This document shows, piece after piece, positions 28,680 to 38,959 of a DNA stretch of 64,000 bases. Position 1 is the first letter of the stretch, and every line of letters starts with the position of its first letter. The notes below the pieces were generated by a model. That model was not told the origin of the DNA, did not search any database, and worked only from the letters and a program-made list of their open reading frames with translations. The stretch lies in the NCBI GenBank assembly GCA_021788105.1, contig JAJYKZ010000002.1, positions 3,320 to 67,319 on the forward strand, written 5' to 3'. The translations under genes were made by a program, and so were the position numbers. The DNA comes from a bacterium. Lineage in GTDB: Bacteria; Patescibacteriota; Minisyncoccia; Moranbacterales; UBA2206.

Positions 28680-29813
28680 ATGCGCATTGGCATCGACGCC
28701 CGTTTTTTCGGAGTCAGAAGAAAAGGATTGGGGCGTTATACTCAAAAATTAATCGAGAATTTGGAAAAGATTGATTCCGACAATCAGTATTTTATTTTTC
28801 TTCAGCGGGTCAATTACGAAGAATACGAACCGAAAAATCCGAATTTCATCAAGATTTTGGCCGACTTTCGCTGGTATTCTTTGAAAGAGCAATTTGAATT
28901 TCCCGGACTTTTGAACAAATACAAGCTGGACCTCGTGCATTTTCCGCATTTCAATGTTCCTATTTTTTATTTCCGCAAATTTATCGTGACAATCCACGAT
29001 TTGATTCTGATCTATTTTCCGACTCGCCGGAGTTCTACTCTTCACCCGATAATTTATTGGTTTAAATTTCTAATGTACCGATTGGTCATCAGATCAGCCA
29101 TCTTGCGCTCCAAACATTTAATAACTGTTTCGAATTTCACCAAAGACGATATTTTAAAAAACTACAAATCGGTTTTACCAACAAAAATCACGGTAACCTA
29201 CGAAGCCTGTGAAGATTTCTGCATGCTCAGCCCCAATAAGGATGAAGAAATATTGTCGCGATATGGTATAATGAAGCCGTATATAATGTATGTCGGAAAT
29301 GCCTATCCGCACAAAAACTTAGAGCGGCTGGCGCATGCGTTCGACCGATTGCGAAAAAGTCCGGGAAGGGAAGAAATGAAGCTGGTCTTTGTAGGCAAAG
29401 AAGATTATTTTTACGTCCGGCTCAGAAAAATGGTCGAAGACGAGCACATCGGAAATGTCATCTTTACCGGTTATGTTCCCGATCACGATCTGGATATTTT
29501 TTTCCATAATGTTTCGGTCTATGTCTGGCCGTCTTTATATGAAGGCTTCGGGCTTTCGCCGCTGGAAGCGATGGCAAAAGGCGCGCCGGTCGTTTCTTCC
29601 GATCATCCGTGCATGCGCGAGATCCTTGAAGACAGCGCCTATTATTTCGACGCCAAAGATCCGGAAGTAATGGCCCGGTCGATCGAAAAAGTCTTGGCTG
29701 ACGAAAATTTGCGCGCCGAACTGGTAAAGAAAGGCTACCAGCAGATCAAAAAATACAGCTGGAAAAGAATGGCCGAGCAAACCTTGGAAGTTTACAAAAA
29801 ATTCAAAAACTGA
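28680..29813 (+). CDS. GT4 glycosyltransferase
   Basis: GLGRY, TIHDL, YPHKN, EGFGLSPLEAM. Confidence 0.94.
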   Translation: MRIGIDARFFGVRRKGLGRYTQKLIENLEKIDSDNQYFIFLQRVNYEEYEPKNPNFIKILADFRWYSLKEQFEFPGLLNKYKLDLVHFPHFNVPIFYFRKFIVTIHDLILIYFPTRRSSTLHPIIYWFKFLMYRLVIRSAILRSKHLITVSNFTKDDILKNYKSVLPTKITVTYEACEDFCMLSPNKDEEILSRYGIMKPYIMYVGNAYPHKNLERLAHAFDRLRKSPGREEMKLVFVGKEDYFYVRLRKMVEDEHIGNVIFTGYVPDHDLDIFFHNVSVYVWPSLYEGFGLSPLEAMAKGAPVVSSDHPCMREILEDSAYYFDAKDPEVMARSIEKVLADENLRAELVKKGYQQIKKYSWKRMAEQTLEVYKKFKN

Positions 29814-29860
29814 TTGGAAATCCGAATAACTCCGCGCCTTCCGAAAAAATCAAAGACAAA

Positions 29861-32353
29861 ATGACAATGGAAAATAAAAAGAAAAACAAAATCATTCCCC
29901 AGATGTTCGATGTGCGGCCGGTTACGGAAACCGGCGATTTGGATTTGGAGAAAATAAAAAATATTGAAAAAATTCTGAAACTCGAACGGCAAAAAAATGA
30001 GGAGAAAAAAAACAGCTTGTCCGGCGCCGGTGTTTATGACATAAAAATTCCGGATACTATCGATAGGGAAATTGCGAGGTTCCAAAAAATGGTGCCGGAA
30101 GAAAAAGTCAAAGTGCATCAATTGGACAGAACATTCGAAAACGAAAATGTTCCGATAATGTACGAAGTGGAAAAAGAATTTCCTATAGCCGCGCGCGTCG
30201 AACATCATTTTGAAAAAAATACCGAAGGTGAAATATTTTGGAATTCGAGATATTTGGAAAATCAGAAAAAAAAGCCGGAAGAAGAAATACAGACCAAGCG
30301 GAACAAAAAAGAAAAAATCAAAAAAATTCAGCGCGAAAAGAAAAAAAGACGGAAGCGGGAGTTTACGGCGCGCAATTACAAAAAAATAATTCTTTCTTTT
30401 TCCGGCGCTTCATTGGTTGTTTTTGCCTCAGTCTTCGGTTTTGGTTTCGCCAAAAAAGGCTTAGCAATAAAAAATTCCGTGACCGGGCAGGGGCAGGCGG
30501 CCTATGTCGCGCTGGCGCAGGCCAAAGATAATATTTTAAATCAAAATTTCCAACAATCAATGACGGATTTCAGCGATGCTTACGGCAAGTTTAATGAAAT
30601 TTCGGGCGAAATAAACAGTTTGGGAGGGGTGCTGGTCAAGGTTTCGCAATATCTTCCGTTTTTATCAAAACTTTCCAGCGGGAACGCTTTGGCGCAAGCC
30701 GGAAAAGATGTTTCGCAAATGGGAATATTGGCCGGACAAGTGGCGCAGGAATTGGATAATCTTAAAAATCCTTTGCCGGGAACCGGCAATGGTTCGAATC
30801 CGGTTTCTCTTTTGAAAATTTTTCAGGAAATTGACGGCAATGCCAAACAGATCGATGCGCTTCTGAAAGATACGGAAAATAATTTGTCGCTGGTTAATGT
30901 GGATGATATTCCCGCCGACCAGCGCGACACCTTTGTTGCGCTAAAAGGAAAGCTTCCGGAGATTGAAACCTATGTCGACAGTTTTGTCAATAACAGCCAG
31001 ATTTTCACCGATGTGCTCGGCGGCAATGGTCCGAGGAAATATTTGTTTCTTTTTCAGAATAATCAGGAAATGAGGGCGACCGGAGGATTTATCGGCACTT
31101 ACGGCGAACTGGATATTTTCAACGGCAAGGTGGATAAATTTTTTATGGACGGCATCTACGATCCGGACGGCCAGCTGACTGAAAAAATAGTGCCGCCAGT
31201 TCCAATCCAAAAGATTAGCGCGGCTTGGAGCCTGCATGACAGCAATTGGTTTCCCAATTTTCCGACTTCGGCGGAAGAGGCGATGTCTTTTTATGAAAAA
31301 GACGGCGGTCCGACAGTGGACGGCGTGATCACGATGACGCCGGTCGTGATGCAGAAACTCCTGGCTGTTGCCGGACCGATCGATATGCCGGATTACGGAG
31401 TGACGGTTGATCAGAATAATTTTTACAGCCTGATCGAACAGGAAGTGCAAGTGGATTACAATAAAACCGAAAACAAACCGAAACAAATTTTATCCGACTT
31501 GGCGCCGAAAATTATGAATAAATTGTTCAGCGCCAAAGATTTTTCCACGCTTTCCAAAGTTGCCGAAGCCTTAGTGGAAAGTCTTAATGAAAAACAAATA
31601 CTTCTCTATTCGTCCAATTACGGCATCGAACAGAAAATTTCCCAAGCCGGCTGGTCGGGAGAAATTTTAAATGCGCCCAAAGATTATCTGAGCGTCATCA
31701 ATACGAATATCAACGGTTACAAAACAGACGGGGTAATTGATGAGACGATCGATCATAGCGCTGAAATCCAGCCGGACGGTTCGATTATTGATACTGTGAC
31801 GGTCACGCGGCACCATAATGGAGGCAACACGCCGTTTGATTGGTATAATAAAGTTAATGCCGATTATGTCCGCGTGTATGTGCCGCAGGGCTCGCAATTA
31901 ATCTCGGCCGAGGGGCAGACGCGGGAGTTTGATTCGCCTCCGCTGGATTATGACGCGCTGGGATTCAAGCGCGATCCGCAGGTTCAGATGGAAGAGGATT
32001 CCATGAAAATCGACGACGCGACCGGAACGCGGATTTATGACGAAGACAATAAAACCGTTTTTGCCAATTGGACGTATGTCAGCCCGCAAGAAACGGTTGT
32101 ACTAAAATACAAATATCTGCTACCATTCAAAATTGCAATGTCGGGCGCCAGCCCGGCGGACAATTATTCGCTGCTGGCCCAAAAACAATCTGGCAGCCTG
32201 GGCGATAAATTCACTTCCAAATTGTCGTTTCCTGAAAATTATAATGTCATTTGGAAATATCCGGACGACGCGGCGCAAGCGGGAAACTCCATTGAATTAA
32301 ACACCGATTTGGAGACAGATAAATTTCTCGGAGCAACATTTACTAAGAAATAG
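29861..32353 (+). CDS. DUF4012-domain membrane-anchored protein
   Basis: YLFLFQNNQEMRATGGFIG, DSNWFPNFPTSA, QKQSG. Confidence 0.85.
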   Translation: MTMENKKKNKIIPQMFDVRPVTETGDLDLEKIKNIEKILKLERQKNEEKKNSLSGAGVYDIKIPDTIDREIARFQKMVPEEKVKVHQLDRTFENENVPIMYEVEKEFPIAARVEHHFEKNTEGEIFWNSRYLENQKKKPEEEIQTKRNKKEKIKKIQREKKKRRKREFTARNYKKIILSFSGASLVVFASVFGFGFAKKGLAIKNSVTGQGQAAYVALAQAKDNILNQNFQQSMTDFSDAYGKFNEISGEINSLGGVLVKVSQYLPFLSKLSSGNALAQAGKDVSQMGILAGQVAQELDNLKNPLPGTGNGSNPVSLLKIFQEIDGNAKQIDALLKDTENNLSLVNVDDIPADQRDTFVALKGKLPEIETYVDSFVNNSQIFTDVLGGNGPRKYLFLFQNNQEMRATGGFIGTYGELDIFNGKVDKFFMDGIYDPDGQLTEKIVPPVPIQKISAAWSLHDSNWFPNFPTSAEEAMSFYEKDGGPTVDGVITMTPVVMQKLLAVAGPIDMPDYGVTVDQNNFYSLIEQEVQVDYNKTENKPKQILSDLAPKIMNKLFSAKDFSTLSKVAEALVESLNEKQILLYSSNYGIEQKISQAGWSGEILNAPKDYLSVINTNINGYKTDGVIDETIDHSAEIQPDGSIIDTVTVTRHHNGGNTPFDWYNKVNADYVRVYVPQGSQLISAEGQTREFDSPPLDYDALGFKRDPQVQMEEDSMKIDDATGTRIYDEDNKTVFANWTYVSPQETVVLKYKYLLPFKIAMSGASPADNYSLLAQKQSGSLGDKFTSKLSFPENYNVIWKYPDDAAQAGNSIELNTDLETDKFLGATFTKK

Positions 32354-32362
32354 ACATTTTTT

Positions 32363-34012
32363 GTGATCAAAAAAATTTTAAAAGGCAAATTTCTCGCTTC
32401 CAAACCGTCGCAATCGGTAATCTCGGCCGCTTTCATCATTACGATGGCCGGTGTTGTCAGCAATGTGATGGGACTTTTTCGCGATCGCTTGCTGGCCTCC
32501 AGTTTCGGTGCGGGCGATACGCTGGATGTTTATTACGCCGCATTCCGAATTCCGGATTTGATTTATAATCTCCTGATTCTGGGTGCGTTGAGCGCGGCGT
32601 TTATTCCGGTTTTTACCGGACTCATCAGCAATGAAAAAGATGATGAAGCGTGGGAATTGGCCAGCGGCATAACTAATCTGGCTATTTTTTCAATCGTCAT
32701 ATTTTCAATTATTTTTGCGATTTTCGCGCCATTTTTAATGAAGCTGATAACACCCGGTTTTTCTCCGGAGAAAATGACGCGCGTCGTTCTTTTCACCCGT
32801 ATAATGTTTTTAAGTCCTTTGTTCCTGGGATTCAGCGGAATTATGGGCGGCATCCTGACTTCGTTTAAGAATTTTTTGATCTATTCGATCGCCCCTCTTC
32901 TTTATAATCTGGGAATTATTATCGGAATCTTGGTTTTTGTGAAATTTATGGGTCCGGCCGGACTGGCTTGGGGCGTAGTGTTTGGCGCGTTTATGCATAT
33001 GGCGCTTCAATATTTGGCGGCGCGCAATCTGGGTTTCAAGCATCACTGGGGACTTTGGGAGTATTGGAAAAATCACGACGTCAAAAAAGTGATGACATTG
33101 ATGCTTCCGCGAATGACCGGCATCGCAATCAGTCAGTTTAATCTAATGGTCATAACAGTATTTGCTTCGACATTGGCGGCTGGAAGTTTGGCGATTTTTA
33201 ATTTTTCCCAAAATCTGCAGAGCGTTCCGCTTTCTCTTTTTGGAATATCTTTCGCGCTGGCCGTATTTCCGACTCTTTCTGCGTACGCCGCTCGCAACGA
33301 ACATGAAAAATATATCAAAAGTTTTTCGGAGACGTTCCGCCAAATTATGTTTTTTGTGATTCCGGCGAGCGTTGTTATGCTGGTGCTGCGGGCGCAAATT
33401 GTGCGCGTAGTGCTGGGTGCCGGGAAATTCGATTGGAATGATACGATTCTGACTTTCCAATCGCTGGGAATTTTTGCAATCAGTCTTTTTGCGCAGAGCA
33501 TCGTGCCGCTTCTAACTCGTTCGTTTTATGCCATTCATGATACCAAGACGCCTTTTTACATTGCGATCGCGACTGAAGCGGTGAACATCGGAACAGTTTT
33601 GCTTCTTATTCATCGTTATCAAGTCTTGGGTTTGGCAGTCGCTTTTTCGGCGGCCAGCGTTTTCCAAATGTTGGTGCTTCTTTTTTTCCTGCGAATGCGT
33701 TTTGAAAATTTGGACGATCGAAACATAATAAAATCTGTTGTAAAAATTTCTATTGCCTCCTTCGCGGCCGGTCTTGTCATTCAGATTGCGAAAAATTTCA
33801 CCGGTTCTTGGTTTAATCTTAACAAATTTGTCGGAGTATTTTCCCAATTGGCAATTTCTTCTTTAGTCGGATTGTTAATTTTCATCGCGGCCTGCTATTT
33901 CTTGAAGCTGGAAGAATTTTTCGTTTTCAAAAATTCTCTGACCAAAAAACTTTTCAAAAACCGGCGGATGGCAGTCATTATCGAGAACACGGATGAAGTG
34001 AGCGGAATGTAA
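32363..34012 (+). CDS. murJ: Lipid II flippase MurJ
   Basis: GLFRD, AFRIPD, GALSAAFIP, RSFYA.HDTKTP; many TMs. Confidence 0.95.
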   Translation: MIKKILKGKFLASKPSQSVISAAFIITMAGVVSNVMGLFRDRLLASSFGAGDTLDVYYAAFRIPDLIYNLLILGALSAAFIPVFTGLISNEKDDEAWELASGITNLAIFSIVIFSIIFAIFAPFLMKLITPGFSPEKMTRVVLFTRIMFLSPLFLGFSGIMGGILTSFKNFLIYSIAPLLYNLGIIIGILVFVKFMGPAGLAWGVVFGAFMHMALQYLAARNLGFKHHWGLWEYWKNHDVKKVMTLMLPRMTGIAISQFNLMVITVFASTLAAGSLAIFNFSQNLQSVPLSLFGISFALAVFPTLSAYAARNEHEKYIKSFSETFRQIMFFVIPASVVMLVLRAQIVRVVLGAGKFDWNDTILTFQSLGIFAISLFAQSIVPLLTRSFYAIHDTKTPFYIAIATEAVNIGTVLLLIHRYQVLGLAVAFSAASVFQMLVLLFFLRMRFENLDDRNIIKSVVKISIASFAAGLVIQIAKNFTGSWFNLNKFVGVFSQLAISSLVGLLIFIAACYFLKLEEFFVFKNSLTKKLFKNRRMAVIIENTDEVSGM

Positions 34013-34078
34013 TTGGGATATGCGCCGTTTAATTTAGAGCTTGAAATTTCAAGCTTTTTATTATACAATTGAAAATAT

Positions 34079-35878
34079 ATGGACCAAAAAAACGTACGAA
34101 ATTTTTGCATCATCGCTCACATAGATCATGGAAAATCCACTTTGTCGGATCGGCTTTTGGAAGCGACAAAGACAGTGGAAATGCGAAAGATGAAAGAACA
34201 ATTGCTCGACCAAATGGATTTGGAACGCGAGCGCGGAATAACGATCAAATTGCAGCCGGTCCGAATGAAATATGTCCAAGCAGGTGTTGAATATATTCTG
34301 AACTTGATTGACACTCCCGGACACGTTGATTTTAATTACGAAGTTTCCCGGTCATTGGCGGCAGTGGAGGGCGCGGTGCTTTTGGTAGACGCGACCAAGG
34401 GCGTGCAGGCGCAAACGCTTTCCAATTTATATCTGGCGATCGAACAAGGTTTGGAGATTATTCCGGTCGTCAATAAAATCGATCTGCCCAATGCTGATGT
34501 TGCAAAAACCAAAAAAGAAATCATCCACATTCTCGGCTGCAAAGAAGAAGAAATTTTGGAAGTTTCAGGAAAGACCGGATTAGGCGTGGAAAAACTTTTG
34601 GAAAAAATTATTGAAATAATCCCTTCGCCGAAGGGAATGGCGGAAAGGCCTTTGCGGGCGCTTATTTTTGATTCCAAATACGATACCTACAAAGGCGTTG
34701 TTGCCTATGTCCGCATCGTTGACGGCGAAGTGAAGCGCGACGATAAAATTTCTATGATGGCGGTCGGATCGGAAAGCGGCGTGGTGGAAGTGGGATTTTT
34801 CAAACCCGATCTCCAGCCGGTTGAAAATTTAGCGGCGGGCGATATCGGCTATATAGCAACCGGTTTTAAAAGCGTAGGGGATTGCCGCGTGGGCGATACG
34901 GTTACTTCATCGAATCTAAAATCAGGGGTCGCAAGTCTTCCCGGTTACAAACAGGTCGTGCCGATGGTCTATGCTTCTTTTTATCCGATTGAAGGCGATG
35001 ATTATAACCTGATGCGCGATGCGTTGGATAAATTGAAACTTAACGATGCGGCTTTTACTTTCGAACCGGAAAGCAATGTGGCGCTGGGGCGCGGATTTCG
35101 TTGCGGATTTCTGGGAATGCTTCATCTGGAAATCATTCAATCGCGATTGGAGCGCGAATTCGATATTAGTCCGACCATCACGACGCCAAGCGTTGTTTAT
35201 GAAATTGAAATGCGCGGAAAGCCGGATAAGAAGCTGAAAATTTATTCTCCAACCGAAATGCCCGATCCGGCGATGATCGAAAAAATTTACGAACCATACG
35301 TTAAATTGGATATTATTTCTCCCAGCGCTTATTTGGGCTCGATTATGGAAGTGATGAAAAATACTCGAGCGGAATATTTAAACACGGAATATATCGATTC
35401 TGAGCGGATGATCTTGATTTTTAATTGCCCGCTGACCGATGTAATTACCAATTTGCACGATGATTTGAAAAGCGCTTCGTCCGGTTATGCTTCGATGAAT
35501 TATGAAATTAAAGATTACAAGCCCTACGATTTGGTAAAATTGGATATCATGGTAGCGGGAGAAAAAGTCGACGCTTTCGCGCGGATTGTTCCCAAAGAGA
35601 AGGCCTTTGGTGAGGGCAAAAGGACGGTGGAAAAATTGAAAGATTCCATTCCGCGCCAGAATTTCCAGATTGCGCTTCAGGCGGCGATCGGCGGAAAGGT
35701 GATTGCTCGCGAAACAATCAAGGCTTTCCGGAAAGATGTTACAAGCGGTTTGTACGGCGGCGATGTGACGCGGAAGCGAAAACTTTTGGAAAAACAGAAA
35801 AAAGGAAAGAAAAAAATGAAGAGCATCGGCCGAGTCGAAATTCCATCCGAAGCTTTTTTGGCGGTGTTGAAAAAATAA
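34079..35878 (+). CDS. lepA: Elongation factor 4
   Basis: IIAHIDHGKSTL, ERERGITIK, DTPGH, GFLGMLH, YGGDVTRKRKLL. Confidence 0.99.
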   Translation: MDQKNVRNFCIIAHIDHGKSTLSDRLLEATKTVEMRKMKEQLLDQMDLERERGITIKLQPVRMKYVQAGVEYILNLIDTPGHVDFNYEVSRSLAAVEGAVLLVDATKGVQAQTLSNLYLAIEQGLEIIPVVNKIDLPNADVAKTKKEIIHILGCKEEEILEVSGKTGLGVEKLLEKIIEIIPSPKGMAERPLRALIFDSKYDTYKGVVAYVRIVDGEVKRDDKISMMAVGSESGVVEVGFFKPDLQPVENLAAGDIGYIATGFKSVGDCRVGDTVTSSNLKSGVASLPGYKQVVPMVYASFYPIEGDDYNLMRDALDKLKLNDAAFTFEPESNVALGRGFRCGFLGMLHLEIIQSRLEREFDISPTITTPSVVYEIEMRGKPDKKLKIYSPTEMPDPAMIEKIYEPYVKLDIISPSAYLGSIMEVMKNTRAEYLNTEYIDSERMILIFNCPLTDVITNLHDDLKSASSGYASMNYEIKDYKPYDLVKLDIMVAGEKVDAFARIVPKEKAFGEGKRTVEKLKDSIPRQNFQIALQAAIGGKVIARETIKAFRKDVTSGLYGGDVTRKRKLLEKQKKGKKKMKSIGRVEIPSEAFLAVLKK

Positions 35879-35924
35879 TTTCAAATGAATTGTCTTTTCT
35901 TGTCATTTTTAGTAAAATAATATT

Positions 35925-36038
35925 ATGAGCATAAGCAAGCACAGAAAAAGAATGCACGTGATCTGGATTGTGATCACTGTCATCGGAGTTTTGGCAATGC
36001 TGGCCTTTACGTTGGCGCCGGCTTTTATGTACAGATAA
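35925..36038 (+). CDS. 37-aa single-TM protein (absent from ORF track)
   Basis: MSISKHRKRMHVIWIVITVIGVLAMLAFTLAPAFMYR*; basic N-term then hydrophobic helix; fills the gap before the divIC-like gene. Confidence 0.65.
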   Translation: MSISKHRKRMHVIWIVITVIGVLAMLAFTLAPAFMYR

Positions 36039-36054
36039 AAAAACGGCATTTAAA

Positions 36055-36480
36055 ATGCGGATAAAAACAAAAAACTTTTCGGCCGGCCGGCCGAAGAAAA
36101 AATCGATACTGGTAAAAATCGGCCTGGTCGCGGGAACGGTTGTTTTGGTCCTCATAATAATTTCCATCGCGAAAGAAATTTATCAAAAAAATCAAATTCA
36201 GAAACAAATCGACGAACTTCAACAGGAAGCGGAAAAAATCAACAAGAACAATTCTTCTCTCCAGGATAAAATCGCCTATTTAGGAAGCCAGGATTACCAG
36301 GAAAAAGAAGCCAAGGATACGCTTGATCTCCAGAGTCCCGGCGAGAACGTCGTTGTCGTCCAACCGAGCGCCGCCAAAGAAAGCCTTGATAATAATCCTG
36401 AAGCTGTTCCAAATATTCCGGCTCCGCAAGCCGCGGAAACATCCAATCCGGTCAAATGGTGGAATTATTTCTTTAAATAG
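36055..36480 (+). CDS. Septum formation initiator (FtsB/DivIC-like)
   Basis: TM, coiled coil, EKEAK..L.L..PGE.VV, WWNYFF end. Confidence 0.85.
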   Translation: MRIKTKNFSAGRPKKKSILVKIGLVAGTVVLVLIIISIAKEIYQKNQIQKQIDELQQEAEKINKNNSSLQDKIAYLGSQDYQEKEAKDTLDLQSPGENVVVVQPSAAKESLDNNPEAVPNIPAPQAAETSNPVKWWNYFFK

Positions 36481-36502
36481 GGCCATAGAGCTTATTAAAA
36501 AA

Positions 36503-37588
36503 ATGGAAGAAAAAAAACACAACAACAAAAAATCGGAGCGCACGGGGGATGAAAGAAAAGTGAAGCTGTCCACGATAATTTATTCAATTTTGATTCTTAT
36601 CGCGGCCTATTTGATCGTTATCGCGATCTTGATTTACGGCTTCAAGATGGACAATAAAGTTATCCGCAAGACGTCGCAAATTATTCCTTATCCCGCGGCC
36701 CTCATCAATTACACGCGCGTGATTACCTATGATGAACTGAAAAGCGACTTGGATGCCATCAAACAATTTTACACCAGCCAGAATTTTTCCAGTTTGGGAC
36801 TGAAGGTGGATTTTAATTCGGTTGACGGCCAAAAGCGCTTGGAGGTAAAAGAAAAAGAACTTTTGAACAAATTGATCGAAAATAAAATTATCGAGATGCT
36901 GGCCAGGCAGCGGGGAATTAGCATAACTTCGGCGATGGTTGCCGCACAAGTGAACAATAAGATTGCCCAATATGGAAACAGCGACACCAACGTTCTGGAC
37001 AATTTAAAGCGGCTGTATGGATGGAATTTGAATGATTTTGAAAATCAGATCGTGAAGCCCGATCTTTATCGGGAAGCGCTGAGTCAAAAATTCCGCGACA
37101 CCGATCAAAGCTCAATCGCTGCCAAAAAGAAAATTGAAGCGGCGCAGGCAGCTTTGAAAAACGGCCAGAATTTCGGAGAAGTCGCCAAACAATATTCCGA
37201 AGGCGCCAGTGCCAAGAATGGCGGAGAGCTGGGTTGGTTCAGTGCGAATCAGATGCTTCCGGAAGTGGCAGCGGCCGCTTTCATTATGAACAAAGGCGGC
37301 ACGAGCGATGTGATTGAGAGTTCGATCGGATACCATATTATCAACATTGAAGATAAGCGGACGGAAAATGGCGCGGACCAGGTGAAAATTCGACAGATTT
37401 TTGTTCGGACCGAGAGTTTTTCCGATTGGTTGCTTGCCCAGGAAAAAAATGTTAAAATATTTATACCGCTTAAGGAATTTTATTGGGACAGTGGAACGGC
37501 GCAGGTGAAATTCCGGGATCAGCAAATGACTAATTTTGAAAATAATCTCAGCAAAAACTCTCCCGATGACGCCTCAATGCTGTTTTAA
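36503..37588 (+). CDS. PrsA/SurA-like parvulin foldase
   Basis: TM anchor, SurA-N helices, F.EVAKQYS, GGELGWF, GYHII. Confidence 0.9.
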   Translation: MEEKKHNNKKSERTGDERKVKLSTIIYSILILIAAYLIVIAILIYGFKMDNKVIRKTSQIIPYPAALINYTRVITYDELKSDLDAIKQFYTSQNFSSLGLKVDFNSVDGQKRLEVKEKELLNKLIENKIIEMLARQRGISITSAMVAAQVNNKIAQYGNSDTNVLDNLKRLYGWNLNDFENQIVKPDLYREALSQKFRDTDQSSIAAKKKIEAAQAALKNGQNFGEVAKQYSEGASAKNGGELGWFSANQMLPEVAAAAFIMNKGGTSDVIESSIGYHIINIEDKRTENGADQVKIRQIFVRTESFSDWLLAQEKNVKIFIPLKEFYWDSGTAQVKFRDQQMTNFENNLSKNSPDDASMLF

Positions 37589-37633
37589 TTTTCGAAAGCA
37601 GGCAAATCTAATAATTAATTTCAAATAAAAAAT

Positions 37634-37816
37634 ATGTCAAAAGCGAGCGTTAATCATGATTTGTGCATCGGCTGTGGAACTTGCGAATCCATCTGCCCGA
37701 AAGTTTTTAAGGTTCAGGAAGATGGAAAATCCCATGTGATCGCGGAAGACTGCGGCGACTGCAATTGCCAAGAGGCGGTCGACAGCTGCCCGGTCAGCGC
37801 CATTTCTTTGGAATAA
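37634..37816 (+). CDS. Ferredoxin (single-cluster type)
   Basis: CIGCGTC..ICP and CPVSAI. Confidence 0.93.
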   Translation: MSKASVNHDLCIGCGTCESICPKVFKVQEDGKSHVIAEDCGDCNCQEAVDSCPVSAISLE

Positions 37817-37941
37817 GCCCTTTCAAAGAGTGTAATAAAAACAAGTTTTACCAGTTATTCTTATAGGAAATACGCATTTCTTATATCCAAGTAACCTAAA
37901 GTAACTCTTGTTTTTTTGTTAGGCATGAGTTTCCGGAAAAT

Positions 37942-38838
37942 ATGGGCGACGAAACTGAAAAAATAATAAAAGACAATTCGACAGGCAATAGGCCTGACGG
38001 ATTGAGAAATTTCGGTTTGAAAAAATATAGCCTGGGATTGACGATTGTAATTGCAATCCTGATGTCGGTTTTTGCCGGTTCTGTTTTTGGTTTTATGGCC
38101 GGCGGAATGGCGGAAAAGGTTTATCCCAATCTGGCCCAGAAATTTCCGGCGCTTTTTTTGCAAAATGCCAGCGGCATGCATCAGCAAGTTGTTCAGGAAG
38201 ATTCAGCTGTGATCAATGTTGTGAAAAAAGCTTCACCGGCCGTGGTGAGTATTGTTGTTTCAAAAAATCCCGGCAACGCTCAGGGCGGGATGACGCAAGA
38301 AGAGATTGCCGGCGGTTCAGGATTTTTAGTGACTGCGGATGGAATTATCGTAACCAACAAACATGTCGTTTCCGATCCGACCGCGACTTATACGGCTATC
38401 GCCAATAATGGAAAAAAATATCCGGCAAAAATTTTGGCGACCGATCCGGCAAATGATGTGGCTCTCATAAAGATCGACGGCGGAAATTTTCCGACGTTAA
38501 AACTGGGCAATTCCAGTTCGCTGCAGATCGGACAGACGGTTGTCGCAATCGGAAATTCACTGGGACAATTTTCCAATACGGTCAGTAAGGGCATTGTTTC
38601 TGGACTGGGGAGAAATCTGACTGCTTCGGGAGGATTCGGAGAATCTGAACAGTTGACTAACATTATCCAGACCGACGCGGCAATCAATCTGGGGAATTCT
38701 GGCGGTCCGCTCTTGGACATAGATGGAAATGTGATCGGAGTGAATGTGGCGATGGCGCAAGGCGCCCAGAACATCGGATTCGCTTTGCCGTCCGATCAGA
38801 TTAAAAAAATCATCCTTTCAATTAATGAAAGATATTGA
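37942..38838 (+). CDS. HtrA-type trypsin protease, intact triad, no PDZ domain
   Basis: TNKHVV, DVAL, GNSGGPL; ends right after protease domain. Confidence 0.9.
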   Translation: MGDETEKIIKDNSTGNRPDGLRNFGLKKYSLGLTIVIAILMSVFAGSVFGFMAGGMAEKVYPNLAQKFPALFLQNASGMHQQVVQEDSAVINVVKKASPAVVSIVVSKNPGNAQGGMTQEEIAGGSGFLVTADGIIVTNKHVVSDPTATYTAIANNGKKYPAKILATDPANDVALIKIDGGNFPTLKLGNSSSLQIGQTVVAIGNSLGQFSNTVSKGIVSGLGRNLTASGGFGESEQLTNIIQTDAAINLGNSGGPLLDIDGNVIGVNVAMAQGAQNIGFALPSDQIKKIILSINERY

Positions 38839-38959
38839 AATTGCGCTTGCGCAAATGGATTAAGCAAGTCCGTCTTTTTTTCAAGAACTTCGCACTTATT
38901 GCCGACGCACCATTTTACTATGTTTGTTTGGTTTAATAATTGCACCAAGCAACAACTTT

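Noticed and set aside
38839..38959. CIRCE heat-shock operator before clpB
   Set aside because: Only a partial TTCGCACTT; no matching second arm at 9-nt spacing
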